The translations under genes were made by a program, and so were the position numbers. From the NCBI GenBank assembly GCA_964036045.1, contig OZ038378.1, positions 7,750,001 to 7,814,000 of the forward strand: 64,000 nt of DNA, in the 5' to 3' direction. The stretch is from Eutreptiella sp. 'Long Island Sound 2002'. Lineage: Eukaryota > Protista > Euglenida. The notes under the pieces are model-generated. The model searched no databases and was not told the origin of the DNA. It saw only the letters and a program-made list of their open reading frames with translations. Positions 39,501 through 52,699 of this stretch are shown piece by piece; the stretch's first letter is position 1; each line of letters opens with the position of its first letter.

Positions 39501-40524
39501 GGTTGATGTTTGTGCTTTGTGTTGTCAAAAGTAGACCACCACACTGTGGGGTGAATGTGAGGCAAACTAATATGCTGAATGCACACATTTGTAGGGGCAA
39601 AACTGTATGAGACATCCAATTTTTGTACAATCTGAATTGCGAGATTTGTGTTGTGGCATGTGCCCTGTAATGATGGTGTCGTGGTTGAATGGGCTGGTAG
39701 AGTGGCGGGTTCCTAGTCTGCGTTGGGCCTTCCCTCGGGGAGGGTACCCAACTCGGACACTTGCCAACGTGCAAATATTATCAAAGAAGAGAGTGTGGGG
39801 TAAGGAGGGGTGGTGTTCATGGTGTCCGTGGTTTGGTTTGTGGACACTGTCTGCTACAAGTTGACGCAGTCTGCTGATTGCAGACACCTCTGCATGTTGT
39901 AGACACAAAGAGACAATATTCAGGAAGGGAGCCCAGGGCTTCGTTTGCAAAACAGGTCTGATATCCACGTTTACACACGCCAGCTGCTTTCCCGTTTGTT
40001 ACATGATCTACTGCAAGTAGATGCGTTGCGGTATTTGTAGGCACTGTTTGAATGCTGTGGGCAAAATGCCTTCGGTTTTCAGGCACGGAGCATGGAACCA
40101 TTGGGGGTTGGGATTGGGGGATTAGGAGGATTTGGGGTATTTGGATCTGGATTTGCCGGCCGATGTTGCAGCATACATTTGCCAGAGGGCGGGCAAGAGA
40201 AAGGTCGAGTAAGGCAGCACAAGAGGGCACGACAATTGTTCCAGTGCTCTGCGGCCTCGTCCAGTTTGTTCGTTGCAGTTTTTCCGCGCCTGACCTGGTT
40301 TGCCGAAGTTTGCTGCGGGCGGCGGAAGAGAGCAAGTGGCAGGGTTCCAGTGTGCTATGCTGCTCCTTGGCTCTACCCCGCATCCAAAGCTGTGAATCAA
40401 TGTGCTAGTGGCCGGCCTGCCAGCGAGGCCCCTGGAATATGGAACACATGGGTTCGCTGATGAAGTGGGTGGAAGTAGGAGCGTTGAACCTCGCAGTTTG
40501 AGCTTTGATTGAATGCAGTGGGCG

Positions 40525-40570
<46 letters not shown>

Positions 40571-40647
40571 CCATGGTTCGGTCGCATAGTGGTAGGCCTT
40601 AGGTGTTGAACCTTGCAGTTTGAGCACGATTTGAATGATTTGGGTGT

Positions 40648-40680
<33 letters not shown>

Positions 40681-40790
40681 GCGCGCACGCATGCACGCAC
40701 GCACGCACACACACACACACACACACACACAGCCCTAGTGGCGCTTGGGATCCGAACACCCCCTTTTGCATTATTCTGCACAGGCACTCC

Positions 40791-42443
40791 ATGTTGCCCC
40801 CCGAAATCTGGGACGCCATCGCGGACTTGTCTCTGTCCAACTCCCTCGCCCTCGCGTGCCGCGCGCTGTGGCAGCTTTTGGGGGGCAAGCGATACGTGAC
40901 ACTGTCCTCCACATCCGCACGCGCTGCCGAGCGCCTGGAGGCCGTCGCGGGCAATCTACGGTCACTGCAGCTGCGGATCACGGACCGTGACTGCGATCCC
41001 GCGGACATCGTCTCCGCGTTGACGGAGGCCCCGCACCTCGTTCACCTCGATCTCGTGCTCACCGCCTCGGGGGACCGCGGGGCCCAGGCCCTCGCCCGCC
41101 TGCAGACCGCCCCGGCGCTGCACACGCTGAGTCTCGATGTCTCGCGCAACGCCGTGGGGGACCGCGGGGCTGCGGCGCTGGCGGGACTGAAGGCCGCCCC
41201 CGCACTGCAGGCGCTGACCCTGCGCCTCCAGAGCAACGACGTGGGGGACCGGGGCGCCGAGGCGCTGGCGGAGCTGCGGACCGCCCCCGCACTGCACACG
41301 CTGACCCTCGACCTGGGGCTCAACGCCGTGGGGCCGGCGGGGGCACGGGCCCTCGCGGGGCTGCGGGAGGCGCCGGGGCTGCGGGCCCTGACCCTCGATC
41401 TCATGGAGAACGCCCTCGGGGACGCCGGGGCGCGGGCCCTGGCCGCGCTCCAGAGCGCCCCCGCGTTGCGCACGCTGACCCTGCGCCTGCAGAGCAGCGG
41501 CGTCGGCGACGAGGGCGCGGAGGCGCTCGCGGGGCTGCGGAGGGCCCCGGCGCTGCGGGTGTTGGCGCTGGACCTGGACCTGAACGCCGTCGCGGACCGC
41601 GGGGCTGCGGCGCTAGCGGAGCTGCAGGGGTCGCGCGCGCTCCACACGCTGACGGTGTGCCTCCAGAGCAACCGAGTGGGCGATGCGGGGGCCCGGGCAC
41701 TGGCGGGGCTTAGGCACGCGCCGTCTCTGCACACGCTCACCCTCAACCTCCTCGAGAACGTCGTGGGGGACGGCGGTGCAGAGGCACTGGCCGCGCTGAG
41801 AGAGGCCCCTGCGCTGCGGTCCCTGTACCTCAGCCTGCGGTACAATGAAGTGGAGGAGGCGGGGGCGCAGGCGCTCGCGGGGCTGAGGCACGCCGCGTCG
41901 CTGCAAATGCTGTGCCTCGACGTCGCACTCAATGCCGTGGGGCACGCGGGGGCGCAGGCGCTGGCGGGGCTGACGCACGCGCCGTCCCTCCACACGCTGA
42001 TCCTGGACCTCTCGCGGAATGCGGTGGGGCCGCGGGGGGTGCAGGCGCTGGCGGGGCTGAAGGAGGCCCCTGCGCTGTGCACACTGACCCTCCGTCTCCA
42101 CAGCAACGAGGTCGGCGATGTCGGTGCGCGGGCGCTTGCGGGGCTGAAAGCGTCCCGCTCCCTGCGGACCCTGTTCCTTGATCTCGCCTTGAACGCAGTG
42201 AGAGACGGTGGTGCGGAGGCCCTGGCCGGACTGCGTGACGCCCCTGCCCTGCAGACGTTGACCCTGGACCTCTCGCACAACGCCGTGGGGGACGCGGGCG
42301 CACAGGCACTGGGCAGTCTGAAGGAGGCCGCGGCACTGCACACGCTGAAGCTCCGACTGCAACACAACGTGGTCGGCGGTAGTGGGCGGCACGCCCTCAC
42401 TTGTTTGAAGGACTCGGTGACCCACTGCATGATTCAGTACTGA
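40791..42443 (+). CDS. Intronless F-box-like + RNI-type leucine-rich repeat protein (about 15 repeats of 29 aa), 550 aa
   Basis: MLPPEIWDAIA...LACRALW resembles an F-box. The GA.ALA.L..AP.L..L.L.L..N.V unit repeats every 87 bp. A pyrimidine tract plus CAG ends at 40783, 7 nt before the ATG. The longer track ORF starts inside a (CA)n repeat. Confidence 0.88.
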   Translation: MLPPEIWDAIADLSLSNSLALACRALWQLLGGKRYVTLSSTSARAAERLEAVAGNLRSLQLRITDRDCDPADIVSALTEAPHLVHLDLVLTASGDRGAQALARLQTAPALHTLSLDVSRNAVGDRGAAALAGLKAAPALQALTLRLQSNDVGDRGAEALAELRTAPALHTLTLDLGLNAVGPAGARALAGLREAPGLRALTLDLMENALGDAGARALAALQSAPALRTLTLRLQSSGVGDEGAEALAGLRRAPALRVLALDLDLNAVADRGAAALAELQGSRALHTLTVCLQSNRVGDAGARALAGLRHAPSLHTLTLNLLENVVGDGGAEALAALREAPALRSLYLSLRYNEVEEAGAQALAGLRHAASLQMLCLDVALNAVGHAGAQALAGLTHAPSLHTLILDLSRNAVGPRGVQALAGLKEAPALCTLTLRLHSNEVGDVGARALAGLKASRSLRTLFLDLALNAVRDGGAEALAGLRDAPALQTLTLDLSHNAVGDAGAQALGSLKEAAALHTLKLRLQHNVVGGSGRHALTCLKDSVTHCMIQY

Positions 42444-45358
42444 AGGGGGACGACAGACAGCGTTTGGCAAGCGGGTCGGCAGTGGATTGAAGGCGGTTTG
42501 TGGCACCAAATGGAAGCATCACCGAACTTGGCCCTTTAGGCGCAGCAGATGGCGCACACACCCTCGTGTCACTTTTGCATGAATGAGCCCATGTCGCCAG
42601 CCCCGTGCCGCGTCTGGCCAATGTTCAGGGTCTTTTCACCGCGCGCTCTGCCTGGTCTATCAAGCAGTTGTCTACAGGCTTACCCTGTCACCATCCGCCA
42701 CCTGTGGAACCCGGCGTACCGTGCTATTGTCAACCACCAAACCCCAGGAACTGCTGTCTGATGCGTCGTTTTGGCCATTTGAAGATGTAGACGGTTCTGC
42801 GGCCCTGGTGCCTGATGGTCTGGGTGTCTAACCTGGGCAGCGTGGTCACCAGGGCACCTGCCATGCCGGATTCCTGGCTCTTCTGCTTGGATTTGAACAA
42901 CAGGATCTTGTGTGTTGAATTTCACGCAGTCATCAAAGCTGTTTGTAAACGGCACGCGCTTCGCACTGCCTGATAATCGTTTTCAGAGCACCCACCAACG
43001 CCTCAAACACGGGAAAGAAGGAGCACCCATACTCAATATCCACGTGATGATGATTATTTCTAAGTTCTGTCGATCGACAACCTCCTCTTGATCAAACATT
43101 TTTGTTCAATGCGTTCGCTCCCTCAGAATCAGATGTGAAGACCGTGACGTAACCTCGGAATTCCCCGATGGACCGAGGGGGGACGAGATGCTCTAGGAGC
43201 TGTGCATACTCTGGAGGGTCATTGCACACAGCCATAGGTTCTTTGCTGGTGTACAGGGGTAGGATTGATCAGAGGGGGGGATGGCAGAATGATGAAAGCG
43301 GCACCATGGGAGCTGTGGGACCCAGCACTGCGTGCATAGTGCTTTGACCATGACGAATCAGGGACACTGCAGCCGCCATTTGTTTGACAGCAGGTGTGAG
43401 GTCTTGTGGGAGGGAAGAGGGATGAGATGCTGTGTGTATGGGGGTATGAGGATCACCAGCGGGGCTGGTGCCCAGTGCTTGCTTCCAAACATGGATACAT
43501 GTGCCACTGACGAGCTTTTTCTTTTTTTTCGCTTGCTGGGTGTCTATGCGTGCACCCAACCACAGCCACACCCGACAGCAGTCCCCCAGGTTCACCCTTA
43601 TGGGGGGAGGGGGGTTTACTAGGGGTGCTCTATAGCCTTCCAGTGCGAGCACCCCGAAAAGGCAGGGGTTTGTAGCCACGCCCCAACACCTTGATGAATA
43701 TGTGGTTCGTCGACACTACCTGCTACAATGAGATGCAGTCTGCAGGTAGATTCGGTCTGCATGTTGCAGAAGCAGAGAGACAATAGTGAGGAATGGGGTC
43801 TGATATCACCATTTGTCTGCGCACATTGGTACGCACGCCACGACGTACGCAACACAATTGAAAGGAATGTGGCACGCTTGCCAGAGTTGAGGAGGATGCC
43901 ATTCAACGTTTGTGCGGTGAATTAGCATGACACACTCACAACACGGGGTAAGTAAAGCCTGTTCCGTATCACAATTGAAGTTGAACTTGTGCGTTGACTG
44001 GCGGGGCTTCGTTCCTCTCACATGCATGCCACACCAAGTGGACCAAGTGTCACACAAGGTCTGTAACAGATCAAAAACAGGGAATGGGGCAAGGGACAAG
44101 CAGTGTACAGAAAATGTCACACATTCAACAGCTGAAAACCGATGCTTTACTCGCAGAAACACACTCCGATCTGTTGCTGAGTTCTATGATTCAAAAAGGT
44201 GCAGGGAAAATGCCCAGTGTTGTTGGGGACAAGGCGTTGCTTATGCAAGGGGGATGCATGTGGCACCCCACCTTTTGGGATGTAGTCATCGGTCCAGGGT
44301 GTATCAGGCTTGGGGAGTTGCACAAGGTCAGAACGGATGTTCCAGAACCAGAGGTCCCGTCAATGACCCCTGCCATGCCTTAAGGCCAATGTCTCACATC
44401 TTACCCATAGTTGTACACACCGACCACCAATGCGACGGGGGATTGTCGCCCGCAACTCAACTCTTCTCTCCTCATCCGATGGTGAGCGATTCACATCTTG
44501 TCAGATTGGGTTTGGCCCCAGGAAATCGCAGGGCAACCTCTAACAGTACCCCCTGGAACCCGAACAGACCACTGTAGGACGTGTAGCGGGAGCCCAGCAG
44601 GGCGCCCGCAACAGGGACGCCCCCACCCTCACGTCCACAGTTCGGTGCCTGTGGATTGGTTCGCAATTACAAAGTTTGACACGCTGTCTTCCACAGTTTC
44701 AGATGTACTGAGGACTGGCAGGGGACCCAAAAAAAAAGTTTCAGATGTCTGCTGAGTTGTCGGCTCCCTGGCACTCGATGGCCTCGTGATTGCAAAATCG
44801 AGCGCCACCTGCAGCCCAACCCCAACCAAGGCCCAAAAAATCAATTTACCGTTTGAGTGGGTTTCTTCTCTTTTCCAAAAATCAGCGTCCCGCCATTCAA
44901 GTTATCGACTTTCGCAAATGCTTGATATTTGCATGGGAAACAATGGATGGGACTTATCAGCCCTTGTCAGAATCAACGATGACCTGGGAGAAGCTGCTTG
45001 GCGGCAGCACAAACAGTAGGGAGGCGCCTACATTGCGGTACCTGAGCCCCACAACAACCCACCTTCAATCAGCTATTGTATTTTCATCCCATCTCTATAA
45101 TACAGGTTCAAGAGAGCCTAACAGGCGGCCCATTATGAAACCGCCCCCCAGTGAACGTGGCCCCAAGGCAAAGGTAGCAAGGGGAAATCCAACTGCAAGC
45201 GGTCGAACTCTGTGGCCACAATGAAAGGGCACCACCGACATGTGTGTTCGCATCCGTCGTGTTGTCCTTGCACACTGCCATGCTTCTGTTCAGCCATGGT
45301 ATTTGTTGCCGCCAACCCGAGGTTTGGGTAGTCGCCTTGTGGCCTCTTCTCGAATGTC

Positions 45359-46033
45359 ATGAACGACAAGAATGTGTGGCGGGCATTGGGTGTGGTGGTC
45401 GTCGTTGTGCTGAGTGCATTATGCCTCGTGGGCTTCTCGAGAGGCACCGATTTGCGTGCCTTCCCGGCGGGACCTACAAGCGAGACGGGGTTGCAGCTGG
45501 CGCCTCAATTCGTTCCCCGTCGTGCGTTCGATGAGCTTGTCCTTAAAGTGCACAACATGTCTGCTCAACTTCAACACTTCCAGGCTTCGTTGGACCAGAT
45601 GCGGCAACTTCAACGTACCCGATCTGAAGCCGCAGTTGCGCCTCCATCTGCGCAGCCCACCACCATTGGCGCCATACCAGTGCACCTTGCGGCTAACAAG
45701 CCCCCCACAAAGAGCCAATTGATTGTGCTTGGCCGGGACATCCCGACTGACCGTAAGAATGCCGTCCAAGGGCTCATTGTACACATGGTGCGGACGTTGC
45801 GGGATTGGAAGCTGCAGATCTTCTACACCGCGGACTCGGCGGCATCTGCGAATGCACTGTGCGCCCTGAATCACAACATCGAATGCGTGGATTTGGGGTA
45901 TCGTTTGGCCACTCGACGGGCGTACACTGCGTTGATGAAGAACATCAGCTTCTGGAAACGAGTGGCTGGGGAGAAGGTGTTAATATTCCAAACAGACAGC
46001 ATCGTGTGCAAGAATGCCAAGCGGAAAGTGGAG
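45359..46033 (+). CDS. DUF5672-type (putative glycosyltransferase-like) type II membrane protein, exon 1
   Basis: N-terminal transmembrane segment LGVVVVVVLSALCLVGF, then a coiled/stem region and FWKRVAGEKVLIFQTDSIVC. Donor GAG|GTTTGT at 46034, phase 0. Confidence 0.8.
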
Positions 46034-47513
46034 GTTTGTGATGGAAAACCCCCCTGAAATCCACGGAAGAAAGGGCAAGCGACAACACTCGCCCCCCCCT
46101 TTATCCCAATCTTCATTTGATCTGTTGTATGCATTCGTGGTCAGCCCCTGCTCTTGCACTACGGCCGAGGCACTGAGTATCTTTTAACGACGTATCACCT
46201 GACGTGTACTGAGGTATGGACCCAGATGATAAGGGCGCACTGGTTTAGATTGAGAAGCGCACTGCCTCGATGGCTCAATCTTTTATAGGCGCCCCCCTCC
46301 CACCTCTAAATGAACACATTTTGCGCCACCTGTCGATCTGTAGAGCTCAGGTGTACGGCCGAAGGGCTTTCGTGGTTGGGAACTCCCGAACCAACGCACA
46401 ACACCCAACATGCAACTCAGGAGGAGCACTTCACGCGGCATGCACGCTGTGCCACTGTTGCAGCACTAAGGGGACACGAGGCAGGAGGGAAAAGAGCGTA
46501 GTGGGAAGTTTGGATGCCCTGCAACGGGGATGGGAGGTCATGTGCCTGTGTGGGCTGAAGCAACAAAGGGATCGATGTCGATGGCGAGAGCGATGATGGG
46601 ACTTGTGTTGTAGGAAGAAAGACCGCTCCCTACCGCGCGCCGATTGTTGTATGGTACGCCATGAGCCACTACCGCCGCATGCGGGGCAACTGCAGTGGTA
46701 CAAGGACTGTCAGTGATCATGCTGCTGTGTTGCATCTGCCATGGGTGTCCGAAGGAGGCAGGCATGAATGTATTTTCTGTCTTCTGTTTTGAATGAACTT
46801 GTGTGTTTTGTGGGGGCGTGCACGCTAGAAATTGCGCGAAACCATGCTCTCTGAGCAGGTATTGTACCGCCCTGTACACTGGCCAGACCTTTGCTTAAGG
46901 GTAGTCCCACCACGGGGGGGGGGGGATGGGTGGGTGGGTCTGTGGCCTGTGGGTGGGTGGGTTAGTTTGGTTTGAGGCAATTTGGCCCCAAAGTGCCTAC
47001 TCCCCCCTGGGGGGGGTAGGGTCTGGGTGGGTGGGTGGGTGGGTGGGTGGAAGAATGGCCCGACTGCCTTTGTTTGTCCATGAGAACACAATTTTCACTG
47101 AGAATGGTGGTTAAAAGTGGCAAAATTTTCCGGTCTGCAGGCAGCAGGGATGGAACGAACGCTTTGCATGTTTGTCAGTATAGTGATCAACCACTAGAGT
47201 GGCTGTCATTTCTGCCATCATAGCTTTCACAGATCGCATAGTGACTGAAGGACAAAATTTTTTTGGGGGGAACTACACACCGTTTTTGTGTTACCAGCTG
47301 ATTGTCACAGCACAGAGCCCCCCACCCCCCCCCCTATGGGGGGAGTTGGGTGGGTGGGTGGGTGGGTGGGCTGCCTGGTCCTGAGGCAGCCCTAGAGGGA
47401 CCCCCCCCCCGTTGCTAAGCAAAGGTCTGACACAGGCTTGGGGTTTGGCTTTGGGGGTCTGGGTGCTTGGACGCCTGGCTGTCTGTTGTGCCGCTCTTTA
47501 ATCTTCTGCGCAG

Positions 47514-47891
47514 GAGTTCTTTGAGTGGGACTGGGTCGGAGCCCCGTGGTGTGGCCCATGGCAGAAGAATCAGCCGTATGCCGAGGGTTCGTATATCCAA
47601 ATCGGTGGCAACGGTGGCCTGTCTCTGCGGACGCGCGACATGATGATCAAGTGCCTGGAGTCGTTTCCCCCGGACATTTTCGTCAACGAGCAGCCAGAGG
47701 ACGGCTGGTACGTGCAACACCTGCCCCTCATCGGGGCCCGGGTGGCGCCCTTTGGGATCGCGCGACAGTTTGCCTCCGAGCGGTATTGCATGAACACCCA
47801 GGCCATCGGGTTCCATCAGCTGCCGCCGCGATACGCCGAGCGCGTGCAGGACTACTGTCCCGAGATCAATCTTGTGAAGATTGCGGCGTGA
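47514..47891 (+). CDS. DUF5672-type protein, exon 2 (terminal)
   Basis: Acceptor TTCTGCGCAG (phase 0). Encodes EFFEWDWVGAPW...GGNGGLSLR...PEDGWY...FASE...GFHQ, the characteristic D(Y/W)(I/V)GAPW, GNGG.SLR and ED motifs. Stop at 47891. Confidence 0.85.
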   Translation, partial: EFFEWDWVGAPWCGPWQKNQPYAEGSYIQIGGNGGLSLRTRDMMIKCLESFPPDIFVNEQPEDGWYVQHLPLIGARVAPFGIARQFASERYCMNTQAIGFHQLPPRYAERVQDYCPEINLVKIAA

Positions 47892-49381
47892 GTGTTTGGC
47901 GCACCAACCTCCGGGTCCGTACGTGAGGCGGTAGCCTCATCCCCCGGCCCCCTCTTTGGGAGCGATGGTGAACTCCTGGCTAGGCCAGCCCGAGTGCCCC
48001 CCAGCCGTTGTTCTAACCGCGTGGATTTGACCCCGACCGCTTTTTCCGCGGCCCGGGACCGCATTCGTTAGGTCTTGAGAGCCCCCATCAGCTTCTCTCC
48101 CATTCAAGCACAGGCCTGCCCACACGCCTACCCGGACCTACCCAAGCATTGCAGGCGAACGTTCCCAGAGTATTTGAAACTGCGCATACATTTGTTGACA
48201 TTTTTTCCGCTTGCATTTTTCTCGAGAGTCTTTGGCGTTGCCTGTTGTGAGTATGGAATGCGCAGACTCTTTGCATGCTGTGGGTGCCTGGAGATTGACC
48301 ACATCGTTTTTAGGGTTCAAGGATTTTGGCCCTCCTCCTCTTTAAGGGAGGTCAGTTGTTGGGATTTTCGGGGTCATGAACATTTTGCTTCCGCGCCTTT
48401 GTCACGCAGTATGTTTCTTTCTGCATACCTCGAACATATGTTTTTTCCCCCCGCCCTGAGAAAGGGGCTGGCACTCCTTTTAGGATTTTGTCAGCAGAAA
48501 AGCAGATTTGTTTTCAATTTTCGCCATTTCTGGTTTGCAAATGGTCTGTTTTAACTCACCCAAGCTGTCAAGTAGCTGTTTCTGTTGTCTGTACACACAA
48601 GCATGGACGAGCGTGTTACCAACAAGCATCCAAATGCCATTTGTAGCAACCAGAACGACCAAAAATCTTCAAATGAGGGACTCAGACAATAGAAATCCAA
48701 CATCCACCAGGGAAAAGGCCAGGCAAAATTTGTACTGCGTGTCACTTGGTCACAACTGCAAGTAGGAGGGTCCCCATTCTCTCCCTACCCCCCCACCCGC
48801 CAGGCCAAACCCCTCCTCCCCCCCCGCTCTCCCCGTTAACATTCAATAACTGCGATAGCAGTGAACTGACCCCAACATTTGGTACTGGTCCGATGAGCGA
48901 TGATCGTATGCCTGTGTCCCGGAGTACATGTCAGCTAAGTATCCGGCGCTTGATTCCCCCCTCCCCCCCTAAGCACAGCCCTGGACGTGTCGTATCCAGG
49001 AAGAAAGGCGCCTAGCCACCCCATGCTTTTCTCCAACTTCGTCTACTTGACGCTCTCGGCCTGACGAGATTCGTTTAGCGGTGCAGTGCTTTGTCTGCCG
49101 GGCCTGTTCGTCTCGCGTCAATCGTGTGTGTGGGCGGGGGGTTAGAGCCCATCATGCCACCTGGCACCCATTCTGTTCTTATACAAGATGTGGAACCGAA
49201 GGATCCTGTCCAGAGGGCCCGCAATCTACTGCTGAGCGTTCACAACACGCCTCCATCTACAACAGAAACAGAATGGTGCCGGTGGTGGCATGCGCGTCTT
49301 CCTTTATTTCCTTGATGCACTGCCTGGCAAGGAAATTCACGACACCCGCCGTTCGGGTTGCAAGTGTTCGTGTTCATTGTG

Positions 49382-49417
<36 letters not shown>

Positions 49418-49473
49418 ACACTCAGCGAAAAACCCTTTGTGCTGTGTCTTGCAGATTGTTTGTGTGTGTGTGG

Positions 49474-49505
<32 letters not shown>

Positions 49506-50131
49506 GTGTGCGTGCGTGCGTGCGTGCGTGCGTGCGCAAGGCCACTGACTTCCTAAGTTGGCGGGAAGACTATTTGCCAAATTGGCCAATTCAGAAGAAA
49601 TGGGGCGAAATAAGCAAATGAGACTTGACCAAAATGCCAACACCATCAACAACGTAACCTGTCCACAAACTTGCTCACTGGCCATCCAGGGCTGATCAAC
49701 CCGGGTCCGAGACACTATCAGCTTACTTCAAGGCTCCCGTGCCAAATGGCTGTGGAAAACTGGAAAACGGAACAAAAGCCTCTGATCGTTGGCTGTTTGG
49801 TGTTTAGTGTGCTCACAAGTGTATGTCAGCCTGGGTCTGGTGAATCACAGAAAGCAATGAGGGTGGACCCTTGTTCTTCACTCTCAGTCTTCAACGTTGG
49901 CCTCAGTCCAGGGATGGATGTAATTTGTGCGCCACTCAGGGGGTGGTGGAGGGGGTAGTGAATCGTGACATGTCACAATATATGCAAAGGGCCATAGTGG
50001 GAACTCTGCATGTCCGAAACGTTGCTTTTTTTCTTGTGACTGTGCCTGGTGCTCCTTGCTTCACTTTCAGGTGCATGCCATTGCCACTGGGAACCGGGGT
50101 CCTCACCCCCCCCCCCCCCTCACTTTGTCAG

Positions 50132-50321
50132 GAAGCCTTGCAAGGACAAGGAAAAGAAACGGAGGGAGGAACATGTTCTTCCTGAATCTGCACATTACAA
50201 TGACCATCTGGGAGAGGATTTCGATGGATATAGCTACTTGCCCTCTTTCAAAAGCATTTCACTGGATGCCTCCAGCTCAAGCGCCCTAACCATGAGTGAG
50301 AGTGAAAATGGCAGCGATTAA
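50132..50321 (+). CDS. Possible terminal exon of an unidentified gene
   Basis: Acceptor CACTTTGTCAG, then a protein-like charged/Ser-rich frame KPCKDKEKKRREEH...SESENGSD-stop. Candidate upstream exons lie near 49146-49275. No domain recognised. Confidence 0.3.
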
Positions 50322-52699
50322 GTACCCTGGTAACACAGAAAAAGGTATTTGTGGAAATGTGCAATGTTTTTGCGTTGACCGTTTTGCCGCACAAGATGTG
50401 TTGCATGCCTCACATCAGCCGGTGTGGCCAACTCTTGGGGTTGGTTTTCTGTGACGCATATCATGACGCCTCGTCACAAGGAGGGGGGGGGGGGGGCTCC
50501 CTGTTATATCCATCATTGCTTCAGTCCATTTCGCTCGTTCATTGGAGGATTGCAGGGCTCACAGTCAAGCATCCAGAATTTCAGAACTGCTTCCTCGAGA
50601 TGTCAGTTCCCATGTAGCTTTCTCTTTTCAATCTTTATTGCTTGAGATTTGGGTGGCTTGCGTGCATGTGTGTTGGCGCATATGTCAAAGGGCTATCTCG
50701 AAAAATAAGGATGGGTTCCATGAACCATCAGAGGGAAGGTTGAAGATATCAACAGCCTCAATGCAAACCACACTGGCTAATACTTTGCATGAATTTATTT
50801 TTCTCATGTGGGGTTTGGAAGCAAGCAGCCAATCCCAAACCTTTAATGAAGGATCGAGAGGGCTATGGGCACCATAGCTATTTTTGCCTTATGCCTTCTA
50901 CATTTCAAAAGTCATCAAAAGAGCTCGCGTGGCGTCATCATTGGCTGGCTTCCGGCCTCCAAAATGGAACATTCCAAATGCAAATGCAACTGTTACAGTT
51001 TCCACTTTGGCCTCGAAATACCTGAAGTTTCTCCCAGTGTGTTTCCCGGGTCTTTTTGTGCATCCATTTGTGCACCAATACAAGTTACATTGCTGATGAA
51101 GACTGACAGACGCTTGGTATTATGTTCATTGTATCTGTGGCAAAGCCACGATGGCTTCAGTTTCCACCAACTTCGACTGGTCCTCTAAGTGTCTGAAAGT
51201 TTGACCAAATTACACTGCGAAATCGGCTACTCGACGACATTACAAATAGCTCACCTGGTAAACATACACCTGAAAAAGACATTCCCAACGTCTCAACCTT
51301 TCATGTGCCAAAAATTTCGAGAAACTCTCAAAACTCTGCGCGTCGCGCTTCAGTCCAAGTTAACGGGGTTTTCCCTTACATCGTGCATATACATTTTGAT
51401 ATTTCGGGTTCGCTTCACCGCGATCCCATTGATTACCACCAATGTTTGTTACTCTCTAAATCTTCAGTATCCATAGTATTCGGTGTGCCTTTCCACTTCA
51501 CCGCAATTCAACTCTGCACTGCAGAATCTCAAACTTCCAATGACTGTGCATTTCACTACCTTGCAGGTAAAACCAGAATCGGACCGTTCAGCATAGCATG
51601 CACAAACTTTCTTGCGCTTTTAGTTGTTGCTTGCGCGCTCCACTTCCCCACCACCACGGTGCCAATATTTGGTCTTGATGGGCCAAAAACCGCCTTTTTG
51701 GGCTCATAAGCGTCAAACCAAGAGAAAGCGTGCCTACACGCCATATGCAACTTGACTTCCCCGTATCAAAGACCCTTCTACATCCCTTGAACACTATGAT
51801 ATGTCTGAGAAACGCCCCCAACCGGCCCCCAAAAGCCCAAGAATTTGTGCACATTGGCGGTTGTTAGTCAGAACAATAGGCCATATCCTCTCCGACTGCA
51901 TGTCACCTTCTCAATCCTTGACAAGTGGGCTCCTCCTCCTCGGGGCAGGTCACACCTGTGCATGACTTGTACATTAGTGATGGATCCCCCCCCCCCCTGC
52001 CCCCCGACAACGGCCGCACATGGGGACATGCTTTGCACGCATGAAGCCGAAGGTTTAACAATTCTTGCAGTACCCGTCTCCTGGATGGCCACTCAGTGAT
52101 ATGAGCAAGTGATATGAGCAAGTGCAGCAGCTATGGGTATAGTAACCCAATGGGCTATCAGACTTCAGACTTCAGACTTTTATGGGCCATCACCCCCAAC
52201 CCCCAACCCCCCAAGCCCCCCATGATAGGCCTTTGCCCCCCCCCCCCCAATATCACACTTGTGCTTTGACCCCCATATCAGACTTGGCTCCCCCCCCTTT
52301 TCTCTTGCCCAATTCTGCACCTTGCTTCCTTTGCAGACCATGACCGTAGGCATGAACTAGGTATGTGAATAACAACAGGGTCAGTTTTGCTGGTGGGCTA
52401 CCCCAACGCTCAACCCGAAACCTCCCATCAGGCTTTTCTCCCCCCCCCCCCACCCTGTCCGCAAAAAAAAACGCAAAAAAAATTAATTATTGGCTTCACG
52501 CCTTACGCAAAAATGGGTTCCGCAAAAAAAATCGCAAAAATAAATGAGTGCCAGAATCGCGGGAGAGTTTGCCCCACTGCTTGTTGTCCCCCTCTTCCGT
52601 GTCTCATGCCCCGTTCTGCACCTTGCTTTGCTTTCAGAGAATGATGTATCCAGGATTGTGACAAGTGTTAAAATACCGTGCGACGCACGGTAGTGGAAT

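Noticed and set aside
40635-40790. N-terminal extension of the 602-aa LRR ORF
   Set aside because: It is encoded by (CA)n/(GCAC)n repeats upstream of an acceptor-like AG. The ATG at 40791 is the more plausible start.
41042-42509. Long minus-strand and alternative-frame ORFs (462 aa, 298 aa) overlapping the LRR gene
   Set aside because: They are shadows of a very GC-rich repetitive CDS.
42680-44400. Protein-like fragments on both strands
   Set aside because: They are interrupted by stops and no family was recognised.
46270-46596. ORF containing SFIGAP as a possible DUF5672 exon
   Set aside because: The true D.VGAPW/GNGG exon is at 47514-47891 with matching phase. This one lies in the intron and lacks the other motifs.
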